Below, piece by piece: positions 44,823-53,795 of a DNA stretch of 55,091 bases. The position numbers were made by a program, and so were the translations under genes. Source of the stretch: a virus (taxonomy: Duplodnaviria; Caudoviricetes); IMG/VR virus record IMGVR_UViG_3300030329_005507, positions 1-55,091 of that record. One strand, given 5' to 3'. The notes under the pieces were generated by a model that saw only the letters and a program-made list of their open reading frames with translations, ran no database searches and was not told the origin of the DNA. Positions within the stretch are counted from its first letter, which is position 1. Each line of letters opens with the position of its first letter.

Positions 44823-45008
44823 ATGATGTCAAAATTTAATAACTCGTATATGCTAGATTTCGCTGACTATTATAAACCTAAAAAATTAGAAGGTGGCAAA
44901 TCTTACCAAGCATATCTTAAACGTCGTAATGCACACTTTGCTAAAAAGAGAAAAGAAGAAGAACAGAGAGATCTGGATAATACTGCAATTAGTCAAGGAG
45001 AAATATAA
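44823..45008 (+). CDS. Small early protein
   Basis: GAGAAAGGAAT RBS; 61 aa. Confidence 0.7.
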   Translation: MMSKFNNSYMLDFADYYKPKKLEGGKSYQAYLKRRNAHFAKKRKEEEQRDLDNTAISQGEI

Positions 45009-45592
45009 TGAATATATTTTTTGTAGATAATAATCCTGAAACAGCAGCAAGAATGCTTTGCGATAAGCATATTGTAAAAATGCCATTAGAGTCTGCCCAG
45101 ATGCTATCCAGTGTCTGGCATAGATATGGTCATGGCGATAAAGTACAATATAAAGAATCATTTAAAAATCATCCATGCACTTTATGGGCAGGTGATAGTT
45201 ATGAAAATTATATTTGGTTAAGAAAACATGCTTTAGAATTATGTTTTGAATACACCAGACGTTATGGTAAAATTCATAAATGCCAACAAGTTATATTAGA
45301 TTTGTCAATCCCAACAAAAAAGATATGGCAAGAATGTTTTTCTACAATTCATGAAAGTTGTGCAAAAGGTTTTACAAAACCACCACAATGCATGCCAGAC
45401 ATATATAAAGCTAAAGATACTGTTCAAGCATATAGGCAATATTACGCATACCATAAAAAAGATATTGCTTATTGGGGAAGAACTCCTACACCAGATTGGT
45501 ATACTGAAATGACAAGTTGTTTTGCTGAAATGCCTCAATTTGAAGGAACTGTTAATGCCCTTGACAAATTAACAATAAGGAGAAATGCATAA
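45008..45592 (+). CDS. Pyrimidine-dimer DNA glycosylase (T4 endonuclease V-related family)
   Basis: MNIFFVD...LCDKHIVKMPLESAQMLS, NHPCTLW, EYTRRYGKIH, PPQCMP, AYRQYY. Confidence 0.8.
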   Translation: MNIFFVDNNPETAARMLCDKHIVKMPLESAQMLSSVWHRYGHGDKVQYKESFKNHPCTLWAGDSYENYIWLRKHALELCFEYTRRYGKIHKCQQVILDLSIPTKKIWQECFSTIHESCAKGFTKPPQCMPDIYKAKDTVQAYRQYYAYHKKDIAYWGRTPTPDWYTEMTSCFAEMPQFEGTVNALDKLTIRRNA

Positions 45593-45972
45593 TGTCTAAT
45601 TCACTTTTAATTAAAACTGTAACAAATTTCCAAAAAGCTTGGCCAGAGTGGGACTTCTCAAAAGAAACTTACGAAGAAGATCCTGAGGATGCAAAAGCTT
45701 GGGATTATTGTTTTACTCTTGGGAGCAATATTAAAGTTTGGGGTCGCAAAAGAAAGAAAGATAATCATGTAGAGACTCTAATGATGGCTCGAATATATAA
45801 AGTTTATGAGGAAACTTTCTTTCCTAATTGTCGGAGCAGACCTTCTGAAATGGCTGCAACTATGGAGCAGAAATTAACACTTGAATATTCTGAGGAGGAT
45901 TTAAACTGGTACAAGTCCATGTTTCCTGAAGGTGTTGAGGTAATAGTTATGGAAGGAAAACCTAACTTTTAA
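45592..45972 (+). CDS. Hypothetical early protein
   Basis: 126-aa ORF with AGGAG RBS. Confidence 0.7.
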   Translation: MSNSLLIKTVTNFQKAWPEWDFSKETYEEDPEDAKAWDYCFTLGSNIKVWGRKRKKDNHVETLMMARIYKVYEETFFPNCRSRPSEMAATMEQKLTLEYSEEDLNWYKSMFPEGVEVIVMEGKPNF

Positions 45973-45980
45973 TAAAAAAC

Positions 45981-46009
45981 TTTACTTAATTGAGCAGATA
46001 ATATATTCT
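45981..46009 (+). promoter_or_regulatory. Early promoter with the spacer box inverted
   Basis: TTTACT-17 nt-TATTCT; box CTTAATTGAGCAGATAAT (45985-46002). Confidence 0.8.
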
Positions 46010-46041
46010 ATTACTATAACAATAATTGAGAAAGGAATACA

Positions 46042-46371
46042 ATGAAAAATACTATTGACGGAAAAAAATATGCTAATATGCATCTTTATACGGATATTAA
46101 TCCTTATGAGATCATTGAAGTTAGAACTCCAAATAAAATAATTGTTCGTTTGATGGATGCAGAAAAAGATCCAAGTGTTAAATTAAAATTTCATCCTGGA
46201 GGTTTCTGCGGACATGTAAGTAATCAAGATGAACAAAAATGGTTCTACAAAAGTAACAAAGATAATCCTGTCGTAACAATTTGGAAAAGAAAAGATGGTC
46301 ATTTTTACGATGGGCATTTAAGATTTGTATTAAGTGATGAACCAATTATGCATTATGATTATAATTTTTAA
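46042..46371 (+). CDS. Hypothetical early protein
   Basis: 109 aa; FHPGGFCGHVSNQDEQKW...HYDYNF; GAGAAAGGAAT RBS. Confidence 0.75.
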   Translation: MKNTIDGKKYANMHLYTDINPYEIIEVRTPNKIIVRLMDAEKDPSVKLKFHPGGFCGHVSNQDEQKWFYKSNKDNPVVTIWKRKDGHFYDGHLRFVLSDEPIMHYDYNF

Positions 46372-46440
46372 TCATGGTCAGTTATTACTTTATTCTTGGA
46401 CTTTTTTAATTTATTCTTATTTTTAAAGTTCCCTGACTTT

Positions 46441-46478
46441 AGAGAGTGGTTCCTAGCTTGGTTCTGCTCTCTTTTTTT
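46441..46478 (+). terminator. Intrinsic terminator closing the early region
   Basis: AGAGAGTGG...CTGCTCTCT stem (with G-U pairs) followed by a T-run. Confidence 0.7.
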
Positions 46479-46554
46479 ATAAAATGTATAATCTAAATTA
46501 GGTTTTTCACCTTGGTAAAAGGTCTCTTTTATCATAGCTTTTTGTATTTTCTCC

Positions 46555-46579
46555 TTTATTTAATTAAATAAGTTATTAT
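46555..46579 (+). promoter_or_regulatory. Box plus -10 element upstream of terS, without a good -35
   Basis: TTTATTTAATTAAATAAG, 1 nt, TATTAT: same box-to--10 geometry as the early promoters. Confidence 0.5.
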
Positions 46580-46622
46580 CTTTTAAATCAAAGGAAACTA
46601 ATCTTTTAACAGAGAAAAAGCG

Positions 46623-47189
46623 ATGGAAGAAAATAATAAAAAAAGAGGAAGACCTAAAAAAGCTCCTGAAGAAACAATTCAAGTGCAAAGACCGATAAAC
46701 CATGGACCAAAGCAGAAGTTCAATGGACGATTTAAATCGGTTGAGCCACTTGGGTCAGAACAACCAGCGAGGAAGGGAAGATACAAATGGAATCACAAAG
46801 CATTAACTCATTGGATAATGGGTCAAGCAGATCCTGCAGGTTTTCTTGCTTCTGTAATGGCAGGGAAAGAGATCTTTCCTGTTTACTCTAGAGATTCTCT
46901 GGGTAAAGTAGAAAACGTTGGCAAAGTTTCTGCAGATCCCGAATTAAGAGTTATGGCTGCAAAAACATTACTTTCTAAATGTGTTCCTGATTTAAAGTCT
47001 GTTGAAGTTAACACAACACACGAAGAAAGAAAAGTTATTGATATAAGTAGATTGGATGATAATGACCTCACAACAATTGAGAGAGTACTTGAGCACGCTG
47101 TCCTTGAGTCAGATCCGAGCGGAGAAGAGTCGGAGGAGTCTGAAGGAGTTTATCAAAAGCTCTTGGACGACAATGGAACCAGGACGTAA
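46623..47189 (+). CDS. terS: Probable terminase small subunit
   Basis: Position before terL; KRGRPK, DPAGFLASVM, LRVMAAKTL...PDLKSVE. Confidence 0.7.
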   Translation: MEENNKKRGRPKKAPEETIQVQRPINHGPKQKFNGRFKSVEPLGSEQPARKGRYKWNHKALTHWIMGQADPAGFLASVMAGKEIFPVYSRDSLGKVENVGKVSADPELRVMAAKTLLSKCVPDLKSVEVNTTHEERKVIDISRLDDNDLTTIERVLEHAVLESDPSGEESEESEGVYQKLLDDNGTRT

Positions 47190-48564
47190 TTTTTACGACA
47201 ACTGGCACATAAATGCAATATGCGACCACCTACAAGCAGTTGTTAATGGTGATATTAGAAGATTAATAATTAATATTCCACCAAGACACATGAAGTCAAT
47301 TACTGCAGCTGTCGCACTTCCTGCTTGGGCATGGATAAACAAACCAGAGAAACGATTCTTATTTGCATCTTATGCTGGTTCTCTTTCCATACGTGATTCT
47401 GTTAAATGCAGAAGATTGATTGACAGCAAATGGTATCAAGAAAACTTTGGACATGTTTTCAAGCTAACTGGTGACCAGAACCAAAAGCAAAGGTTTGAGA
47501 ATGATAAAACAGGAATGCGAATAGCTACTTCTGTTGATGGTGCACTAACTGGTGAAGGTGGAGACATAATAGTTATTGACGATCCTCACAATGTTCGCGA
47601 AGCAGAGTCTGCAACTGTAAGAGAAGGAGTTCTTGATTGGTGGGACCAAGCTATGCAAACAAGACTTAACGATCCTAAGACTGGAGCATTTATAATCATA
47701 ATGCAAAGAGTCCATGAATTAGATTTAACAGGACACATATTAGCGAACAGTAATAATTGGGACCACTTATGTTTACCAGCAAGATATGAGATTGAGCATC
47801 CTTCAATTTCTTATTCTTCTATTGGGTTTGAAGATCCTAGAAAGAAAGAAGGAGAACTTCTTTGGCCAGAAAGGATTGGCGAAGAAACTCTTTCCGAATT
47901 AGAAAATTCTTTAGGAGTTTATGCTTCTGCTGGACAACTACAACAAAGACCAATGGCAAAAGGTGGTACAATATTAAGAGCAGAATGGTGGCGAGAGTGG
48001 GAAGAAGAATTACTTCCCGAAGTTGAATATGTAATACAATCCTGGGACACTGCATATTCTACAAAGGAAAAGAGCAGTTTCTCTGCAAGAACAACATGGG
48101 GAGTTTTTAATAAAAATAATCAATGGAATGCAATTATAGTAGATTGTTGGTTTGATAGAGTCAGTTATCCTGATTTAAGAAGAGAAGCACAAGATGCATA
48201 TAATGCCTATGAACCAGACGCAGTTTTAATTGAAAAGAAAGCTTCTGGTCAATCACTCTTACAAGACTTAAGAATGGCTGGAGTTCCTGTAATTCCTTAT
48301 TCACCAGATAGAGACAAAGAAGCTAGAGCACATGCTGCTTCTGCTCTTTTAGAGGATGGTCGTATATGGTATCCCGCAGGAAAGAAATGGGCAAAAGATG
48401 TAATAAATATATGTTCTGCCTTTCCAGCAGGTGAAAATGACGATATAGTAGATACATGTACACAGGCATGGTTAAGATTAAGGAAGCAATGGTTTCTTTC
48501 CCATTCCGAAGATTTTGAGGACGATTATGTTGAACAACCACCAAAAGTACCATTGTATGGATAG
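47056..48564 (+). CDS. terL: Terminase large subunit
   Basis: INIPPRHMKS, IIVIDDP, IIMQR, QSWDTA, IEKKASG, DDIVD. Confidence 0.95.
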   Translation: MIMTSQQLREYLSTLSLSQIRAEKSRRSLKEFIKSSWTTMEPGRNFYDNWHINAICDHLQAVVNGDIRRLIINIPPRHMKSITAAVALPAWAWINKPEKRFLFASYAGSLSIRDSVKCRRLIDSKWYQENFGHVFKLTGDQNQKQRFENDKTGMRIATSVDGALTGEGGDIIVIDDPHNVREAESATVREGVLDWWDQAMQTRLNDPKTGAFIIIMQRVHELDLTGHILANSNNWDHLCLPARYEIEHPSISYSSIGFEDPRKKEGELLWPERIGEETLSELENSLGVYASAGQLQQRPMAKGGTILRAEWWREWEEELLPEVEYVIQSWDTAYSTKEKSSFSARTTWGVFNKNNQWNAIIVDCWFDRVSYPDLRREAQDAYNAYEPDAVLIEKKASGQSLLQDLRMAGVPVIPYSPDRDKEARAHAASALLEDGRIWYPAGKKWAKDVINICSAFPAGENDDIVDTCTQAWLRLRKQWFLSHSEDFEDDYVEQPPKVPLYG

Positions 48565-48570
48565 GAACAT

Positions 48571-51048
48571 ATGGCAAAACTAAACAAAAATGATAAAGTA
48601 ATTCCTTTTGCTGAAGGTGCTCCAGCAGACAATCTTATTGTTGAAGAGTTAGACAACGAAACAGTTCTTATAGGAGAACCAGAAGAATACACAGAACCAT
48701 CAACAGAGTTTGATGCAAATTTAGCTGAAGTTATAGACCAAAAAGAAATAAACGAACATGCTACGATTCTGCTTGATTATTATGAAACAGATCGCCAAGC
48801 TCGTTCCACTTGGGAAGAAAGATATAAAGAAGGATTAAAAACTTTAGATCCTGATGGTGGGATGATGGACTCTGATGACCAAAGAGCAACAAGAGGTCTG
48901 AGTCAAGTTGTGCATCCTATGATTGCAGAAGCAGCAACACAATTTCAATCAAGAGCCATCGCAGAACTTTTTCCTGCTGGTGGTCCTGTTAAAACAGTTT
49001 CTATCGGAGAAGCAGATGACGATGTACAAGAACAAGCTATCCGTGTAAAAGATTATATGAATTATCAACTTCTTGAGGAGATGCCAGAATATTTCCCAGA
49101 TGTTGACCAAATGCTTTTTCATTTGCCTTTGATTGGTCAAACTTTCAAGAAAGTCTGGTACGATCCTGCGATGAAAAGAATTACAAGTCGCTTTGTTAAA
49201 GCAGAAAATTTCGTCGTCGCTCCTGAGAGTACGGATCTCTTAACTTCCCCTCGATATACCCATGTAATAGAGATTACAAGAAACGAATACAATAAGTTCG
49301 TGCAGGCTGGTTACTATTTGCCAGCTGATAAATTCTCGAGCGATGGCGATCCCAATGAAGATGTTACTTACGAGATAGAAGGAATTGATCCTTCTGCTTC
49401 TGAAGGAAACGATGAAGTCATCACTCTTTTAGAGATGCATACAAGTGTAATATTTAAAGGGATTGATGGTGGGGATCCTGATGATGTAAACTCTGTAGCA
49501 CTTCCTTATGTTATCACGATAGACGAACAAAGCCAACAGATTGTTTCTATAAGAAGGAACTGGCAGGAAGACGACGAAGAGAAGGACAAACTTAATTGGT
49601 TTGTTGAATATAAATTCCTTCCTGGTCTAGGATTCTATGGTTTCGGTTTATACCATATTATCGGTGGTCTTGGGAAAGCAGCAACAGGTTCATTAAGAGC
49701 TCTTTTAGATTCCGCAGCATTTGCAAATATGCAAGGTGGTTTTAAATTAAAAGGTCGTGTTCCTGGTGGAGAGCTTGATGTTAATCCTGGAGAATATGTT
49801 GACCTTGATGCAGCAGTTGATGACATTGGTAAAGCAATCATGCCATTACCATTTAAAGAGCCATCAAGCACATTGTTCCAATTATTAGGATTTATTGTTG
49901 ATGCAGGAAGAAGATATGCAGCTGTTGCAGATTTAAATGTGGGTGATGCTAATCCAAATGCTCCTGTAGGAACAACCATTGCTATGTTAGAGCAAGGATC
50001 TAAAATATTTTCAGCTATTCATAAAAGATTGCATTATGCACAAGGAAAAGAATTTAAACTTATAATGCATTTGAATGCAGTTACTTTACCAGAGCAAGTG
50101 AACTTTGCTGTTTCTGGTGCGAGCCAAGTTATCTATGCAAAAGACTTTGATGAAAGAATTGATGTTATTCCTGTTAGTGATCCAAGCATCTTTAGTTCTA
50201 CACAAAGAATCGCTCAAGCTCAAGCAATATTACAATTGGCACAGTCAGCACCTAAACTGCATGATATGTACGAAGCTTATAAAAGAATGTACGAAGCGAT
50301 TCGTGTTCCTGACATTGACCAAGTATTAAAGAAACCAGAAGAAGCACCAAGTCTCGATCCTGTTGATGAAAATGTTTCAGCATTACTTGGCAAACCAATC
50401 AAAGCTTTCATAGACCAAAACCACGAAGCTCATATTGCAGTGCATATGCAATTCTTACAAGATCCGAGTTTAGCAGGCAATCCAATAGCTCAAAAAACTA
50501 TTGGTCCTATGATAATTGCTCACATAGGCGAACACGTTGCTATGCTTTATAGAATAAGGATGCAAAAAGCAACAGGAGTTGAATTCCCTAAAATGCCTAA
50601 TATTAGAGATCCGAAATTCCAGTTTGAAAGCATATCACCAGAGCTTAATAATATGATTGCTGAAAGAGCAGCACAAGTCGTTCAACAATCTCCTAAAATG
50701 CAATCAATTGGTGGGTTAGATAAACTTGGTGGTGCTGGTGCAAACAATCCTATGAATATGGCACAACAACTTGCGAAGATTGAAGCAGAATCCGTTATGG
50801 CGAGGACTAAAGCTGAGATACAAGCAGACCAAGCAAAAGCTAAATCTGACATGCAAATAGACCAAGCCAAAGCTCAAGCTGATATTCAAAAAGACCAAGT
50901 TAAAACTAAAATGGATATAGACAAGACTATCGCAAAAACTCAAGCAGAGCTAGAAGCTAAACTTGCAAAATTAAATGCAGATATAGAAATAGCGAAACAA
51001 AAAGCAGTTGCAGAAATACAAATGAAAGGAATGAAAGATGAATTATGA
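48571..51048 (+). CDS. Portal protein, P22-like, with C-terminal coiled-coil barrel
   Basis: Follows terL; HPMIAEA, GFYGFG, LPFKEPS, SAIHKRLH; Q/A/K-rich helical tail. Confidence 0.9.
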   Translation: MAKLNKNDKVIPFAEGAPADNLIVEELDNETVLIGEPEEYTEPSTEFDANLAEVIDQKEINEHATILLDYYETDRQARSTWEERYKEGLKTLDPDGGMMDSDDQRATRGLSQVVHPMIAEAATQFQSRAIAELFPAGGPVKTVSIGEADDDVQEQAIRVKDYMNYQLLEEMPEYFPDVDQMLFHLPLIGQTFKKVWYDPAMKRITSRFVKAENFVVAPESTDLLTSPRYTHVIEITRNEYNKFVQAGYYLPADKFSSDGDPNEDVTYEIEGIDPSASEGNDEVITLLEMHTSVIFKGIDGGDPDDVNSVALPYVITIDEQSQQIVSIRRNWQEDDEEKDKLNWFVEYKFLPGLGFYGFGLYHIIGGLGKAATGSLRALLDSAAFANMQGGFKLKGRVPGGELDVNPGEYVDLDAAVDDIGKAIMPLPFKEPSSTLFQLLGFIVDAGRRYAAVADLNVGDANPNAPVGTTIAMLEQGSKIFSAIHKRLHYAQGKEFKLIMHLNAVTLPEQVNFAVSGASQVIYAKDFDERIDVIPVSDPSIFSSTQRIAQAQAILQLAQSAPKLHDMYEAYKRMYEAIRVPDIDQVLKKPEEAPSLDPVDENVSALLGKPIKAFIDQNHEAHIAVHMQFLQDPSLAGNPIAQKTIGPMIIAHIGEHVAMLYRIRMQKATGVEFPKMPNIRDPKFQFESISPELNNMIAERAAQVVQQSPKMQSIGGLDKLGGAGANNPMNMAQQLAKIEAESVMARTKAEIQADQAKAKSDMQIDQAKAQADIQKDQVKTKMDIDKTIAKTQAELEAKLAKLNADIEIAKQKAVAEIQMKGMKDEL

Positions 51049-51556
51049 AGACCAGTTTCAAAAAAGATATCAAGATACATTAGCTAAACTTGCAGAAGGA
51101 GTCGCAGCAGGACAAGCACCTGAAGACGTTTTTAAAATGATACAAACAGCAAGTCTCGATAAAGGCGATCCGACTTTTAGAGAAGCACAAGCACAAGCAT
51201 TGGGTCCAAAGATGGTTGGTTCTGGAGTTATTAGTGATGTTGAGATAGAGAATGTAGAAAAATATACACCAGAACAAAGAATGCAAATGGATCTTGGTAA
51301 ACCACTTTCTGAAATTACAGAACAAGAACGCAGAGGTTGGATGGCTATGGATCGCGAGAACAATATGGCTATTGGCTCTATGTCAGATGAAGAAATTATG
51401 ATGTATGAAGGTTCTTTACCTTCAGGTTCTTATGAAGATATGAGAAAAAGGGCATTAATAAAAGAAGGACAAACTTTAGGAACTGGTGCAATTGGCGAAC
51501 TTCCTAGTAGTGTTGAAGGATTTTTAGGTAACTTAAGAAGAAAAATAGGAGAATAA
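51038..51556 (+). CDS. Hypothetical post-portal protein
   Basis: 172-aa ORF coupled to the portal gene. Confidence 0.7.
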   Translation: MNYEDQFQKRYQDTLAKLAEGVAAGQAPEDVFKMIQTASLDKGDPTFREAQAQALGPKMVGSGVISDVEIENVEKYTPEQRMQMDLGKPLSEITEQERRGWMAMDRENNMAIGSMSDEEIMMYEGSLPSGSYEDMRKRALIKEGQTLGTGAIGELPSSVEGFLGNLRRKIGE

Positions 51557-51558
51557 TT

Positions 51559-51735
51559 ATGCAAGAATTAATTAATCGATTTAAAGAACCATCATCTTAT
51601 GCAGCTTTGACAGGTGTGTTAGCAATGGTTGGTGTAATAATACCAAATGATTTATGGCAAAATATTGTTATGATTTGTTGTGGTGCAGCTGGAGTCTTAG
51701 GATTCTTTATGAAGGAAAAAAAGAATGGAAAATGA
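51559..51735 (+). CDS. 58-aa two-TM holin-like protein (absent from the ORF track)
   Basis: MQELINRFKEPSSYAALTGVLAMVGVIIP...IVMICCGAAGVLGFFMKEKKNGK*; AGGAG RBS. Confidence 0.7.
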   Translation: MQELINRFKEPSSYAALTGVLAMVGVIIPNDLWQNIVMICCGAAGVLGFFMKEKKNGK

Positions 51736-52003
51736 AATGACTGACAGTGGATTAGATATCCATGCAATGTTTGAAGCAAAGATGGGTTTCTCTGCTAACG
51801 AGATTGAATTGAATGACGACCAAATTAAAAAATTCCTTTTGCTTTGTCAGCAATCTTATTTAGAAGACGAAGGCATGATGGAAGAGTCTCATGATGAAGA
51901 AGGTGAAATCATAGAAGATGGCGATATGAAAGTTATCAAACTTCATGGTTCTGATGCAGCACATATGATGGACAAGCTATTAGGTAATGGCGACAACTAT
52001 TAG
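51725..52003 (+). CDS. Small acidic protein
   Basis: 92-aa D/E-rich ORF. Confidence 0.65.
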   Translation: MENEMTDSGLDIHAMFEAKMGFSANEIELNDDQIKKFLLLCQQSYLEDEGMMEESHDEEGEIIEDGDMKVIKLHGSDAAHMMDKLLGNGDNY

Positions 52004-52005
52004 TC

Positions 52006-52611
52006 ATGCCCAAGCTTCCTGTAAAGATTAAACCAGGAGCACTTCCTACGACAACAGACGAAGTAACGCAGGGAGTTTTAGATAAGCTCCCTGAAGTTGA
52101 CAGAAGAGAATTAATGCGAGGTGCTCTCGGATCTCTTGGAGATTTAAGTCTTGCAGGCAAAGCAGTTGATGTTGTTTCTCCTGCTCTTAAATCAGCTTCA
52201 AAAATAGAAGATTTTACTCCTTTCGATTTCTTTAATCTTCCTTCTATGAAAAAATTAAAATATGAAACTTACGATGATTATGCTCATGAAAATCTTTTCG
52301 ATGATGATGCATGGCAAATCTTTTCAGATTTGTTTTCAAAATCCGAATTGAAAGCAAAGAATATAAATTATAACAATGCTCGAGAAAAACTTCTTGCAGA
52401 TGAAAAGTTATTAAAAGATTTAGCAGATGATGATGTAATGTTTGAAGAAAATTTCAAAGGTTTTTTCGATGGAGAGATAGAAGAATTTTTAGATGGTGCA
52501 AAGAAATTCGAAGACCTTGATATAGACATTCAAGAAGGATTACGATATTTAATTAGCGATAAGAAAATGACTCTTCCTGAAATTAGGAAATTTATACTGG
52601 ATCCAGATTAA
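52006..52611 (+). CDS. Shared-leader protein A with acidic C-terminal domain
   Basis: N-terminus MPKLPVKIKPGALP...VTQGVLDKLP is paralogous to the next gene. Confidence 0.75.
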   Translation: MPKLPVKIKPGALPTTTDEVTQGVLDKLPEVDRRELMRGALGSLGDLSLAGKAVDVVSPALKSASKIEDFTPFDFFNLPSMKKLKYETYDDYAHENLFDDDAWQIFSDLFSKSELKAKNINYNNAREKLLADEKLLKDLADDDVMFEENFKGFFDGEIEEFLDGAKKFEDLDIDIQEGLRYLISDKKMTLPEIRKFILDPD

Positions 52612-53414
52612 TGCCGAAGTTGCCTATCAAAAAACCAGGAGCTCTTCCTGTAGTAACAGAGAAAGTAACTGAAGGTGTTCTTGATAATCTCCCTGATAAA
52701 AATATACTGGAGCTCATTTCTCGTGGTGCATTAAAAGATATTCCTAAACAGGATCCAAATAAACCAATGACAAGTGTGCCTCAACGAGATGTATTAAAAA
52801 AATCTTCAGACACGAGCACTGCAAATTTAGCTAAAAAAACAGGGGATCCAGATGCAGATGCATTCTTTTCATTTTTCAATAAGATGGAAATGGGAGCAGA
52901 TGAATTAAAATTTATTATGGAAGATTTCAATTCTTTTATTGATAATGTTTATGATGATGTTTACAAAGGTGAAGGAATTTTTTTAGATGATGCAGAAAGA
53001 TTAGCAAATAATCCTAATTTAATTGAAGGAGAAGATTTTTTAAGATATGGAATTCCTGATGAAGGAAAATTGCAACAATTTATTTATGATGAGACACAAA
53101 GATATTTGGAGAAATTTCCTGAAGAGATGTATGTTTTTAGACAAGGTGAAATAAATAATCCAGATTCTCTTTTTTCTTTTTCAGTAGATCCTGCGCCAAA
53201 AGAATTAATACGTCATATGAATAGAGGTGCTCCTGTAGATATTTACAAAGTTAAGAAAACAGATATAGAAGCTGCACCGAATGCAATTTTAGAGCCAAAC
53301 TATGGAATCCCTGATGAAGAGGAAATATTAATAAGAGCAAAAGATGTGACAAAAGTTGGAGAGAATAGCATTCAAAATTTATTTGGAGAAAATATTGTGT
53401 TGCCTAAGAAATAA
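52611..53414 (+). CDS. Shared-leader protein B with ADP-ribosyltransferase-like C-terminal domain
   Basis: MPKLPIKKPGALP leader; R-S-E pattern YVFRQG / SFS / EEEILI. Confidence 0.65.
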   Translation: MPKLPIKKPGALPVVTEKVTEGVLDNLPDKNILELISRGALKDIPKQDPNKPMTSVPQRDVLKKSSDTSTANLAKKTGDPDADAFFSFFNKMEMGADELKFIMEDFNSFIDNVYDDVYKGEGIFLDDAERLANNPNLIEGEDFLRYGIPDEGKLQQFIYDETQRYLEKFPEEMYVFRQGEINNPDSLFSFSVDPAPKELIRHMNRGAPVDIYKVKKTDIEAAPNAILEPNYGIPDEEEILIRAKDVTKVGENSIQNLFGENIVLPKK

Positions 53415-53422
53415 AAAAAGAA

Positions 53423-53455
53423 TTTACTTTCTGAGTAAATGCAATAATAATTAAA
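53423..53455 (+). promoter_or_regulatory. Putative promoter for the basic-protein cluster
   Basis: TTTACT-17 nt-AATAAT; twin of 9972-10005. Confidence 0.45.
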
Positions 53456-53483
53456 CAATTGCTTTAATCCAAAGGAGGAACAA

Positions 53484-53654
53484 ATGAAGAAACAAGGTTA
53501 TAATGCTCGCAAAGATGAACAACTTGGAATGAAAAGAGGAAAACAATCCAAAAAGAAAATGTCTGCAGCTGGTCGTCGTAAAGTTGCAAAAGCTACTCGT
53601 AAACCAAAAGGTTCTTACGGATTTAAAAAGAAGACAGCTAAAAAGAAAAAATAA
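53484..53654 (+). CDS. 56-aa highly basic protein
   Basis: MKKQGYNARKDEQLGMKRGK...KKKK*; AAAGGAGG RBS. Confidence 0.8.
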   Translation: MKKQGYNARKDEQLGMKRGKQSKKKMSAAGRRKVAKATRKPKGSYGFKKKTAKKKK

Positions 53655-53795
53655 ATGCCAGTAAAAAAAGTCAAAGGTGGTTATCGTTGGGGAACGACTG
53701 GCAAAGTATATAAGACTAAAAAACAAGCAGAACGACAAGGTCGTGCAATATATGCTTCTGGTTACAAACCAAAAAAGAAGAGGAGAGGAAAATGA
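53655..53795 (+). CDS. 46-aa basic protein
   Basis: MPVKKVKGGYRWGTTGKVYKTKKQAERQGRAIYASGYKPKKKRRGK*. Confidence 0.8.
   Translation: MPVKKVKGGYRWGTTGKVYKTKKQAERQGRAIYASGYKPKKKRRGK

Noticed and set aside
46372-46622. tRNA or other RNA gene in the gap before terS
   Set aside because: No cloverleaf or T-loop consensus was seen; a terminator and a promoter-like box explain the region.
52093-52140. Twin-arginine (Tat) signal in DRRELMRGALG
   Set aside because: There is no proper hydrophobic h-region or cleavage site, and the paralog lacks the RR pair.
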